Assembly: GCA_034437735.1 (NCBI GenBank)
Contig: DAOTTS010000056.1
Coordinates: 2,751-66,750, forward strand
DNA length: 64,000 bases
Origin: Anaerolineae bacterium
GTDB taxonomy: Bacteria; Chloroflexota; Anaerolineae; B4-G1; SLSP01
Direction: 5' to 3'
Below, piece by piece: positions 22,029 through 30,146 of the stretch. Position 1 is the first letter of the stretch. Each line of letters begins with the position of its first letter. Under the pieces are notes generated by a model that ran no database searches, was not told the DNA's origin, and was given only the letters and a program-made list of their open reading frames with translations. The position numbers and the translations under genes are program-made.

Positions 22029-23024
22029 TCATGCGCCCATCCCGAGCACGTCCCGCGCGTACGCGACACTCCGCTCCACGTCGTAGCGCTGCTGGGCCAC
22101 GAGTGCCTCTTCGTAGGCCTCCGGCACGTCCGCACCGCGCTCAACCACCACCATCGTGCCCTGATAGGGCAGCCCCTGCCGGACCATCCGGTCGAACCGT
22201 GCGAACTCTGACGCCCGAGCCTCCGGAAAGACCTCCCAGTATGCGTCCTCCTTCGTGTTGAGCACCTGCGGCGGGCGCCCCGTGATGATCTCCAGGGTGA
22301 ACGACGCTCCAGGACACTCGGCCTTGTACCGCTCGGTGACGGTCTCAATGTCGACGTTGCCCTCCCCCAACGCCACCCATTGGAATGCCGCCCCCCGGGG
22401 GTGGGACCAGACCACGGTGTCCCGGATATGGCTCGTGACGATATAGGGGGCCAGATGCTCGAAGGTGGTCAGGGGGGTCTCGCCGGCCCGGACCGAGTTG
22501 CCCGGATCGAAACACGCGCCGACGTACTCGGGCCCGGCCTCCTCAATAAGTGCCTGCAGCTCCCACCCTTGCAGATCGCCGACGTGGTTCTCCATCGCCA
22601 TAGTGATCCCCAGATCCATCGCCTGCTCCCGGACGGCCCGGAGCGTCTCGATGCAGTTCTGGATGTGGGTCTCCAGGGGCGTCTCCGTCCAGCGGTCAGC
22701 GCCGCTGCCCAACAGACACCGGAGCACCGGCGAGTCGACGATTTCCGCCACGTGCAGCCCCTCCCGCGCCCGCTCAACGGCGCTCGCCCCGCCTTTCGGG
22801 AAGGAGGTCGACGTCTCGCAGATCGAGCCCATCGCTACCTCAATGTCCAAGCCCAGGTCATCGGCGTGCGCCTTGACCGCGCGCAGGTTGGCGTCGACCA
22901 ACGGACCGAGGTCGTTGAGACTGAGTTGGGCGACGTCCAGGTCCAGCTCGTGACAGTAGTCAAGCATCTCCATCGCGCTCCAGCCCTGGGCGCGTATGCT
23001 GTAGAGGTCCAAACCGAGTTTCAT
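22029..23024 (-). CDS. Sugar phosphate isomerase/epimerase (xylose-isomerase-like TIM barrel)
   Basis: MKLGLDLYSIR... and MENH block. RBS AAAGGAAAG. Confidence 0.7.
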   Translation of the reverse strand: MKLGLDLYSIRAQGWSAMEMLDYCHELDLDVAQLSLNDLGPLVDANLRAVKAHADDLGLDIEVAMGSICETSTSFPKGGASAVERAREGLHVAEIVDSPVLRCLLGSGADRWTETPLETHIQNCIETLRAVREQAMDLGITMAMENHVGDLQGWELQALIEEAGPEYVGACFDPGNSVRAGETPLTTFEHLAPYIVTSHIRDTVVWSHPRGAAFQWVALGEGNVDIETVTERYKAECPGASFTLEIITGRPPQVLNTKEDAYWEVFPEARASEFARFDRMVRQGLPYQGTMVVVERGADVPEAYEEALVAQQRYDVERSVAYARDVLGMGA

Positions 23025-23080
23025 TGTCTTTCCTTTCGTTAGGGGGGCGACAGTCATAAGTCACAAGTCAAACGTTCTCT

Positions 23081-23863
23081 CCGTCCAGGACGCTTCGGTA
23101 TGGCGTCCTGGACGGTCCGACGAGTCCTAATCCAATAAATAGCAGTCCAGCCCTTCAATCTCCTTCCGCTCCTCAAGATGCTCTTCAACAAATGACCGGT
23201 AGGTCTCAGCGTTCGCAAACCGATCCGGCACCAACGCGGAACTGACAAGCGTCCCATGCCTCAATCCAAGAATATCCCGATAGTTCGAGTACTGCCACCT
23301 CTCCGGTGATGCCGCAAGTCCCGCTTCCACCGGATTCACGTGGATATAGCGGGCAACGTGCCGGAAATACGATTCCTCATCCACCTCCACCCATTCATAA
23401 CGACCACGAAAGAGCGGTCCGTCTCGTTGCTGCTGTCTATTAATGCCTTGAACGTAGGACTGAAAGACGTGTTTCATAAACGGTGAGATGACGTCATCTG
23501 CCAAGGGCTCAACCAATAGATGGTAGTGATTCGGCATCAGACAATACGCCACGAATGAAACTGGGTAACGTTTTCTTCCGCGCTGGATTAGGCGTAGAAG
23601 ATAGATGTAATTTCTCTGCAGGAAGAAAATCCGCTCATGGTTAACGCCTCGGTTGTACAAGTGATAGAAATGGTGGGCTAGAAACTGCTGCCGCTGACGT
23701 GCCATCACTTCACTCCATATAATGAGGTAAACGTCGATCCTTACACTTATCGTACACCTAAAACGCCCACCGTCCAGGACGCTAGATACTCGCACAACAT
23801 CACAGATGTATCTCACTTTCAAAACTCCACCCAACGCATCACCCGATGCAGCGTCCTGGACGG
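23081..23863 (-). mobile_element. REPtron A: a RayT/IS200-like HUH tyrosine transposase gene (23127-23705) flanked by REP hairpins built on CCGTCCAGGACGC
   Basis: The left flank (23081-23115) is a perfect hairpin CCGTCCAGGACGC-ttcggtatg-GCGTCCTGGACGG. The right flank carries the inverted copies at 23770-23782 and 23851-23863. Confidence 0.65.
23127..23705 (-). CDS. REP-associated tyrosine transposase (RayT; IS200/IS605 TnpA-like Y1 HUH)
   Basis: 192 aa from MARQRQQF. The HUH motif is MPNHYHLL. The upstream part of the listed 437-aa ORF is antisense to the 23940 gene and was rejected. Confidence 0.7.
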   Translation of the reverse strand: MARQRQQFLAHHFYHLYNRGVNHERIFFLQRNYIYLLRLIQRGRKRYPVSFVAYCLMPNHYHLLVEPLADDVISPFMKHVFQSYVQGINRQQQRDGPLFRGRYEWVEVDEESYFRHVARYIHVNPVEAGLAASPERWQYSNYRDILGLRHGTLVSSALVPDRFANAETYRSFVEEHLEERKEIEGLDCYLLD

Positions 23864-23939
23864 GAAAGACGTTGCGCATCCATCCAAATGGCCTATAGTT
23901 GAGACACACTAATACAATCCGAACACGAAAGGAACGCTG

Positions 23940-24713
23940 ATGCCGCACGCTTATCCTACCCCTCAACACGCGGAGGCCGCCGAGGCCGTCGTCGCGTTCT
24001 TTGCCCGTCGGCCCGAGGTCGACGCCGTGCTGCTGATCTGCTCCTGCGCGCGGGGGAAGGCGACGCCGGACAGCTGCCTCGACATCGCCGTGCTGACCGC
24101 AGCGGATGCCGATCCGACCCCGCTGTGGCACGCGTGGGACGCGCACTATCGGGACGCACCGGTCTTTGACGCCCTGCGCCAGGTGGGCGCCTTCTCCAAC
24201 GTCGACCTCGACCTCGTCGACGGCGTCTTCGAGCCGGATCCCGACGCACACGGCTGGACGACGGGGCCCGACGCGTTCGAGCTGGAGATTGGGAACCTCC
24301 TGGCCTACAGCGTGCCGCTTTGGACGCGCAACGCGCGCTTCGAACAACTGCGTGATGCGTGGCTCCCCTACTACGACGAGGACCTCCGTGCCGAGCGCCT
24401 GTCGATGGTGCGGCGCTACTGCCTGAACAATCTGGATCACATCCCCCTCTATGCCCCGCGCGGCCTCACCTTTCAGTGCCTGGCGAGGCTGCAGATGGCC
24501 TATGGGGAGTTTCTCCAGGCGCTTTTTATCGCGCGGCGCACGTATCCCATCGCCTATGACAAGTGGATCCGCGAGCAGTTGGTGGAGATCCTGGCGATGC
24601 CCGAGCTCTACACCCAGAGCCTCGCGCTCTTTCAGATTGAGGACCTGAAAAGCAACGAAATCGTCGAGAAAGGGGCGTCGTTAAAAAGCATGCTAACCAG
24701 ATGCGTTATGTGA
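23940..24713 (+). CDS. Nucleotidyltransferase-domain protein (KNTase/DUF4037-like)
   Basis: N-terminal AVLLICSCARGKATPDSCLDIAV resembles the pol-beta-like NTase G-S...D-x-D region. The C-terminal helical domain is uncharacterised. Confidence 0.45.
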   Translation: MPHAYPTPQHAEAAEAVVAFFARRPEVDAVLLICSCARGKATPDSCLDIAVLTAADADPTPLWHAWDAHYRDAPVFDALRQVGAFSNVDLDLVDGVFEPDPDAHGWTTGPDAFELEIGNLLAYSVPLWTRNARFEQLRDAWLPYYDEDLRAERLSMVRRYCLNNLDHIPLYAPRGLTFQCLARLQMAYGEFLQALFIARRTYPIAYDKWIREQLVEILAMPELYTQSLALFQIEDLKSNEIVEKGASLKSMLTRCVM

Positions 24714-24719
24714 TATAAT
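24711..24719 (+). promoter_or_regulatory. Extended -10 element TGaTATAAT upstream of the MNT/HepT operon
   Basis: Seen in the sequence about 38 bp before ATG 24758, in a local AT-rich patch. Confidence 0.35.
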
Positions 24720-24757
24720 GAATACATAAATCTTAAGAGGCCCATAGGGGTTAAAAG

Positions 24758-25048
24758 ATGGCAACGTTACCTTTTGAAACAGAGAAACTGATCGAGCTTT
24801 GCCGCCAACACGATGTCACAATGTTGGGTGTCTTTGGCTCGATGGCGCGAGATGAAGCCACTGAAAAAAGCGATGTCGATCTTCTCGTGCGGTTTTCGCA
24901 ACAGAAAAGCCTGCTAGCCCTCATCCGTCTCGAACGGGAAGTCTCCGCACTTCTAGGCCGGGACGTAGATCTCGTCACAGAGGGAGCGTTAAGCCCTTAC
25001 TTGAAAGATCAAGTCAAGCACGATCTCAAGATTATCTATGAAGCATAA
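24758..25048 (+). CDS. mnt: MNT-family nucleotidyltransferase antitoxin (type VII TA, HepT/MNT)
   Basis: 96 aa with the GVFGSMARDEATEKSDVDLLV minimal-NTase motif (GS-x9-DxD). Confidence 0.8.
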   Translation: MATLPFETEKLIELCRQHDVTMLGVFGSMARDEATEKSDVDLLVRFSQQKSLLALIRLEREVSALLGRDVDLVTEGALSPYLKDQVKHDLKIIYEA

Positions 25049-25382
25049 CGATCGCATCTATCTGCTTCACATCCTGGATGCTATTGACACTATTGAGACG
25101 TATCTCCAGAGCGTCGATGAGGATGATTTCCAACTTCATAAGCTGACACAAGACGGGGTCATCCGACAGTTGGAGATCATAGGGGAAGCAACGAAGAACA
25201 TCTCTCACACCTTGCGACAGAAAAACGATCAAATACCGTGGCAAGATATCGCAGGAATGCGAGGCAAGTTGATCCACGCGTACTTCGGAGTCGACATAAG
25301 TACGGTCTGGCTCACGGCACAAGAGGATATTCCTGTACTCAAAGTCGAAATACGCAGAATTCTTGAGTCACTCGAGTCGTAA
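25038..25382 (+). CDS. hepT: HepT-like HEPN toxin (DUF86)
   Basis: 114 aa. It overlaps the antitoxin by 11 nt. The R-x4-6-H HEPN motif lies in RGKLIHAY. This is the classic MNT-HepT arrangement, in a low-GC island. Confidence 0.8.
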   Translation: MKHNDRIYLLHILDAIDTIETYLQSVDEDDFQLHKLTQDGVIRQLEIIGEATKNISHTLRQKNDQIPWQDIAGMRGKLIHAYFGVDISTVWLTAQEDIPVLKVEIRRILESLES

Positions 25383-25422
25383 GATTCTAGGCTTTCTGAT
25401 ACCAAGCGGATTCCGCATGCAC

Positions 25423-25496
25423 AAGAGATCAAAGGTTTTGGGTGTTCTTGATTAGCGGCGCTCAGCGCACATGAAACCTTTGATCTCTTCTTTTCG
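25423..25496 (+). terminator. Long hairpin (16-bp perfect stem AAGAGATCAAAGGTTT/AAACCTTTGATCTCTT, 35-nt loop that itself contains the palindrome GCGCTCAGCGC) followed by CTTCTTTTCG
   Basis: Perfect inverted repeat plus a T-rich tail, immediately after the hepT stop. It may also mark the insertion boundary of the TA cassette. Confidence 0.45.
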
Positions 25497-25502
25497 AGCC
25501 GA

Positions 25503-26630
25503 TTACCAATCTCGGGAATCGGGCACCGGTTTCCAGGCGCCGCCGTCCCGGACGGAGGCCTGGCTGACGAGGCCCGGCAGGGTCATGTCCATCGCTTCGT
25601 GGATGCCGATGGGGCACGGGCGCACCCCTCGGATGGCATCGACGAAGTCAAGCACCTCGAAGTAGTCCCCACCGCCGTGACCGGCCCGCTGGGCCGTCGC
25701 CCACGCCGCCCGCCAACGCGCGGGCAGACATGCATCGGCGACCTTCTCCAGGTCGAGCCAGGTGTTCCTATCCGGGCAGCGGTCGCGCAGCCAGATGCGA
25801 TCCCGCTCGCCGGGCGCCCGAGCGGACTCGTAGCAGCCGTCGGTGCCCTGAATCTGATAGTTCGTCATCGCGTGCGGCCGATCCGAGAGCATGTCGACCC
25901 GGATCTTCACCAGCCCACCGCTGCGCATCTTGCAGAGCATCACGGTGCTGTCCTGGTTCTCGTACCGGTCGCCCCGGGGATCGACGTAGTGATGGCCCGA
26001 TCCGGCGCAGCAGACCTCGGTCACGCGGTCCGCTTCCCCACCCGCGTTCATCCACTGCAGGATCGGCCCCAGGCTGTGGGTTCCGTAGGTGACGCCGTCG
26101 ATCCCGGTCTGCCACCGGCGCCGCCAGCGGGTGATCTCGTTCAGTGCCTTGAGTTCGTGGAGGTACTCGCCCTCCCCGTAGTAGGGCGTGCCGAAGCGCC
26201 CCGCCGCGATCAGCGACCGGACGATGACGTTGGCGCGCCGGTAGGTGTAGTTCTCCGCCATCATATAGACCCGGTCGGTCGCATTGCAGGCCGCGACGAG
26301 GTCCCGGCACGCCTCGACGGAGTCGCCCGCGGGCACCTCACAGAGCACGTGCAGGCCGGCCTCCAGCGCTGCGATGGACTGCGGGACGTGCAGCGGCATC
26401 GGCGTGCCGACGATCACGGCATCGAGCTCCGACTCGGCAAGCATCGCATCGTAGCTGAGATATGACTCGTCCGCCCCAAGCCGGGCTGCCGTCTCCGGCA
26501 GCTCGGCCTCGTTGACGTCGCAGACGGCGTGGAGGCGCACCCCGCCCACCTGCTCGCACGCCAGCTTGAAACTTGCGCCCCGCCCGCACGCCCCCACGAT
26601 GCCCATATTGAGCGATGCCAACGTGTTCAT
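25503..26630 (-). CDS. Gfo/Idh/MocA family oxidoreductase
   Basis: MNTLASLNMGIVGACGRGASF Rossmann N-terminus. The ATG is at 26630, with AAGGAGGGAGG upstream. Confidence 0.8.
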   Translation of the reverse strand: MNTLASLNMGIVGACGRGASFKLACEQVGGVRLHAVCDVNEAELPETAARLGADESYLSYDAMLAESELDAVIVGTPMPLHVPQSIAALEAGLHVLCEVPAGDSVEACRDLVAACNATDRVYMMAENYTYRRANVIVRSLIAAGRFGTPYYGEGEYLHELKALNEITRWRRRWQTGIDGVTYGTHSLGPILQWMNAGGEADRVTEVCCAGSGHHYVDPRGDRYENQDSTVMLCKMRSGGLVKIRVDMLSDRPHAMTNYQIQGTDGCYESARAPGERDRIWLRDRCPDRNTWLDLEKVADACLPARWRAAWATAQRAGHGGGDYFEVLDFVDAIRGVRPCPIGIHEAMDMTLPGLVSQASVRDGGAWKPVPDSRDW

Positions 26631-27625
26631 CCGTGGGTACCTCCCTCCTTCTCCCACGCCAGGGAGTAATCGCGCGTATGCGGCGCTGGATGCCCACCCG
26701 GGCCATATCCCTCCAGGTCGTACGTCCTCGCCAGAGGAACGACCGTCCGGGCGATCCCCGCCTCGCTCACGTCGCAGCGCAGGAAGCCCAGCGTGTCATC
26801 CCCATCGGGCCAACGATCCCCCCACTGACCGAAACTCGTCGCCGGTGCGATCTCAAACCGGATCCCCTCGGCCTCGAAGACCTTGTGGCAGTGTACGTGC
26901 CCGCTCACCACCCAATCGACCCCCGTGGCGTGGAAGAGGTCCAAGAGGCGCCTTCGGCCCGGCTGATCGATGCTGAAATACCACGACCGGTAGTCCGTCT
27001 CAATATCCCAGTTGGGCTCGTCGGGACGATCCACGAAGAGCGGATAGTGCGTGATCCAGACGTGGTGCTCGGCGCGGGGGCGCTGAATCTGCGTCTCGGC
27101 CCACCGCCAGAAGGCCCGCTCCTCCGGCAGCCCACTGTTGATCACCATATCGGCACAGCCGGAGAGCCGCACGCCCTGGTGATCCACGCTCCACCAGAGC
27201 GGGCCGAAGATGGACGCGAACTGCTGCAGTTGGGCGGAGGTGACGTTGAGCTCGACGTCGGACGCCTGATTCGGACCGCGCGCCCGGCCCCGGTGCACGC
27301 CGGGCCGATCGGTATGCTTGTTCCCGGTGTCCATATTCCCCGGAATCACGTGAACGGGGAAGGGCAGCGATCGCAGGTCCGCCCGCATCGCCTCCAGCTC
27401 GAACCGGTGGAGACTCCCGTCCCGCGTAAGATCCCCCGGCACCAGCATCAGTTCGGGATCCAGCGCCAGCACCTGTCGCCGTGCCTGCTCCCAGTTTCTC
27501 TGCCACGAGGGGTTGTAGCGGAACGACCGCGGCGAGCCGGGTTGGATATCGGCCACGATCACGAACGTCCAAGCATCCCTCCAAGCATCCCCCGAACCGT
27601 CCTCCGTTCCCTGTAATTGGCTCAT
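26627..27625 (-). CDS. Calcineurin-like metallophosphoesterase
   Basis: The D..GD..D / GNMD / GH.H blocks are partly recognisable. There is a 4-nt overlap with the downstream oxidoreductase gene. Confidence 0.65.
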   Translation of the reverse strand: MSQLQGTEDGSGDAWRDAWTFVIVADIQPGSPRSFRYNPSWQRNWEQARRQVLALDPELMLVPGDLTRDGSLHRFELEAMRADLRSLPFPVHVIPGNMDTGNKHTDRPGVHRGRARGPNQASDVELNVTSAQLQQFASIFGPLWWSVDHQGVRLSGCADMVINSGLPEERAFWRWAETQIQRPRAEHHVWITHYPLFVDRPDEPNWDIETDYRSWYFSIDQPGRRRLLDLFHATGVDWVVSGHVHCHKVFEAEGIRFEIAPATSFGQWGDRWPDGDDTLGFLRCDVSEAGIARTVVPLARTYDLEGYGPGGHPAPHTRDYSLAWEKEGGTHG

Positions 27626-28830
27626 CGATCCTCCTCTGTGTGTCTCCCATTCACGGACTCCGTGTCTTTAGCCTCCGGCGCCCGGGTGTCAAACCCAAAC
27701 CGCTCGAAAATCTCCGCATACCGGTTCACAATCTGCTCGCGGGTCAGGCCCATCGCTGCGATATCATATGGCGGATGCCCTTCGTAGTTGCGCGACCGGA
27801 TCGTCGCCTGGTGCAGCGCCTCGCCGTACGCCGGGCTGACCTGCCACCCAAAGCGGTCGTAAATCGCCCGAACGGTCCGATCCGGATCCGCCACCATCTC
27901 CTCAAAGTTGACCACCACGGCTTGATCCTCCGGCGCGTCCGCCAGCCGGTCCAGCGGATAGGTGTACCAATGCTCGATGAGATCCAGCACCTTGGGATAC
28001 CCGTGATGCGCCGCGACCGGATCGCCCATCACCTGCCACGTAAAGTTGAGGATGTGGATAAAGGACGGGACCATATCGAGCGGGTTGCGCACCAGCACGA
28101 TGAACTTGGCGTCGGGAAAGATCGCGCGCAGGGTCTCGATCTTCGGGCAGAAACTCGGATTCTTCGCTAGATAGAACTTGCCCTCGGTCCCGTGCACGTA
28201 CTGGTGGCGGCGGATACAGCGCGTGTAGAAGTCCATCACCCGTTTCTTATCCCTCGGCGGGATCCGCTGATCGAAGTGGGCCCAATCGTCCAAGTAGTCC
28301 AACAATCCCGAGAAGATCCACACCATCACCGTCGACCAGATGTGCAGGGAGATGTACTCGTCCTCCTCCGGACGGCGGAGCGCGATGGTGTGCAAGGCGT
28401 TGGCAGCCTGCCACTTCGCTTGCAATCGTAAAACGAGCGCGTGGACGGGCCCACCTAAACGGCGGTCCAAGGCCGATAACCCGCGATACAGCCGCCGCTG
28501 CGTGATCGAGGGCGCCAGCAGCATCTCCCAGGTTCGCATCCACGTGAAATGGCCCTTGTCCTGCGAAAGCAGACGCTGAAAGAAGGTCGTCCCGCTGCGA
28601 GGATTCCCAACGATGAAGACTGGCGCCTCAACCGACACCTGACGGTACGCCGGGAAGAGGAGGTTATCCAAACGAAATGCGAGCCAGGTCCATATCTCAT
28701 AGAGGGGAAAGAGCGCATAGAAGAAGAGGAGCCACAGCAAGCGCTTGGGGGCCAAGCGGGCTTTGGGGTCACCGCCCTTGAAGAGCGCAATATAGAGAAA
28801 GCGAAGATAACGCCGGAGATCAAACCGCAT
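27622..28830 (-). CDS. Sulfotransferase family protein (PAPS-dependent)
   Basis: 5'-PSB-like GNPRSGTT and 3'-PB-like RNPLD...S motifs. Hydrophobic N-terminal anchor. There is a 4-nt overlap with the metallophosphoesterase gene. Confidence 0.7.
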   Translation of the reverse strand: MRFDLRRYLRFLYIALFKGGDPKARLAPKRLLWLLFFYALFPLYEIWTWLAFRLDNLLFPAYRQVSVEAPVFIVGNPRSGTTFFQRLLSQDKGHFTWMRTWEMLLAPSITQRRLYRGLSALDRRLGGPVHALVLRLQAKWQAANALHTIALRRPEEDEYISLHIWSTVMVWIFSGLLDYLDDWAHFDQRIPPRDKKRVMDFYTRCIRRHQYVHGTEGKFYLAKNPSFCPKIETLRAIFPDAKFIVLVRNPLDMVPSFIHILNFTWQVMGDPVAAHHGYPKVLDLIEHWYTYPLDRLADAPEDQAVVVNFEEMVADPDRTVRAIYDRFGWQVSPAYGEALHQATIRSRNYEGHPPYDIAAMGLTREQIVNRYAEIFERFGFDTRAPEAKDTESVNGRHTEEDR

Positions 28831-28905
28831 TCAGAGCCTCACTGTAGTGTAGATGAACGTCGTCAGCGCGATGTAGGATGTGATGCATCCTCTACGAGAA
28901 TACCA

Positions 28906-29112
28906 AACTTGCGCCCAAACACAAACGCACCGTCCGCTCCCGTCGCTCCTGCTGCTCCCGTCGCTCCCGCTGCTCCCGTCGCTCCCGAGGGATTTGTAAT
29001 CCCGGCTCTCGAACACCAAAGCCGTGGATTGCAAATCCACTCCGAGCACTATGACTATGGTAGACCCACACCGAGCATGATGGATGTAAGGAACTTGCGC
29101 GCAAACACAAAC
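28906..29112. repeat. 21-bp direct repeats AACTTGCGCSCAAACACAAAC (28906-28926 and 29092-29112) bracketing the tandem array and two stem-loops
   Basis: 20/21 identical. Each is preceded by a GATG(T)AGGATG-like motif. The enclosed stem-loops are 28989-29003 and 29024-29040. Confidence 0.6.
28936..28989. repeat. 3 x 18-bp perfect/near-perfect tandem repeat GCTCCCGTCGCTCCYGCT in the divergent intergenic region
   Basis: Seen directly. The period of 18 generates the spurious APVAPA / GSDGSS ORFs on the two strands. Confidence 0.8.
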
Positions 29113-29251
29113 TGATTTACACTCTGGGTAGGATCCCGACATCATCAAGAGGTGGGCACCCACCATACGAGCACCGGCGCCCTCTGCGCGCTATTCGGAA
29201 GCCCTACAGCGCAACCTTACGTGAGGGAAAGAATCCCCAAAGGAGCACACG

Positions 29252-30097
29252 ATGGCAAAAGAGAAGAAGCGTGACGAGCCCATTTATTCAAAATCCGGCA
29301 AGCTGAAGAAAAAGATCTACAACAAGGAGCTGGTCCGCCTACAAGAAGAGCTGGTCAAGCTCCAGTACTGGATCAAAGACCAGGGCCTGAAAGTCGTCGT
29401 CATCTTCGAGGGCCGGGATGCAGCCGGCAAAGGCGGGGTCATCACCCGCATCACCCAACGGCTGAACCCCCGCATCGTCCGGGTCGTCGCCCTGGGCACC
29501 CCCACCGAGCGGGAGAAGGGACAGTGGTACTTCCAGCGCTACGTGCCGCACCTACCGTCCGCCGGCGAGATGGTCCTTTTCGACCGCAGTTGGTACAACC
29601 GCGCCGGCGTCGAGCGGGTGATGGGCTTCTGCACCGACGAGCAGTACCGGGAGTTTATGCGCTCGTGTCCCGAGTTTGAGCGGATGCTGGTCCGGGCCGG
29701 CATCAAGCTCATCAAGTACTGGTTCTCGGTGGGTGACGCGGAGCAGGAGCGCCGGTTCCAGCGCCGGAATAACGATCCGATGCGCCGCTGGAAGCTCAGC
29801 CCCATGGATCTGGAAGCACGCTTGCGGTGGGTCGAGTACTCCCGGGCCAAGGACGCCATGTTTATGTACACTGACATCGACGAGGCGCCGTGGTACGTGG
29901 TCAACGCCGACGTGAAGCGCCACGCCCGGCTGAACTGCATCAGCCACCTGCTCAGCCTGATCCCTTACGAGGATCTGACGCCAGAGCCCGTCGAGCTCCC
30001 GCCCCGGCAGGAGGACATCGGCTACGTCCGCCCCCCCATCACCAGCCAGCGGTGGGTGCCCGCCCTCTACGGCAGCAATCCCGTCGACGATTCGTGA
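29252..30097 (+). CDS. ppk2: Polyphosphate kinase 2 (PPK2, class I polyphosphate:nucleotide phosphotransferase)
   Basis: Walker A FEGRDAAGKGG and the PPK2 lid/Walker B blocks, 281 aa. Confidence 0.9.
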   Translation: MAKEKKRDEPIYSKSGKLKKKIYNKELVRLQEELVKLQYWIKDQGLKVVVIFEGRDAAGKGGVITRITQRLNPRIVRVVALGTPTEREKGQWYFQRYVPHLPSAGEMVLFDRSWYNRAGVERVMGFCTDEQYREFMRSCPEFERMLVRAGIKLIKYWFSVGDAEQERRFQRRNNDPMRRWKLSPMDLEARLRWVEYSRAKDAMFMYTDIDEAPWYVVNADVKRHARLNCISHLLSLIPYEDLTPEPVELPPRQEDIGYVRPPITSQRWVPALYGSNPVDDS

Positions 30098-30146
30098 ACC
30101 CGTAAGCTCAGCAAATCGGAGAGTTTGTTCTATCGGAGGCTTAGCT

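Noticed and set aside
23706-24440. The N-terminal 245 aa of the listed 437-aa minus-strand ORF (23127-24440).
   Set aside because: It is antisense to the well-formed nucleotidyltransferase gene 23940-24713. Transposase homology begins only at MARQRQQF, so the RayT gene starts at 23705.
28936-28989. Possible CRISPR array at the tandem repeats 28936-28989. The 14-bp array at 45664-45719 was considered on the same grounds.
   Set aside because: The repeats are contiguous with no spacers. The units (18 and 14 bp) are far shorter than CRISPR repeats and no cas genes are present.
29024-29040. GTGGA-TTGCAAA-TCCAC looks like a tRNA-Cys (GCA) anticodon stem-loop. A neighbouring GGGA-TTTGTAA-TCCC loop is similar.
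   Set aside because: No acceptor stem, D-arm or T-arm (no GTTCRANYC) can be built from the flanks. It is treated as a structured repeat, not a tRNA gene or fragment.
28549-29166. The ORFs 28549-29115 (+) and 28831-29166 (-) encode APVAPA / GSDGSS repeats.
   Set aside because: They are artefacts of the 18-bp tandem array lying in an intergenic promoter region. There is no RBS and the composition is repeat-driven.
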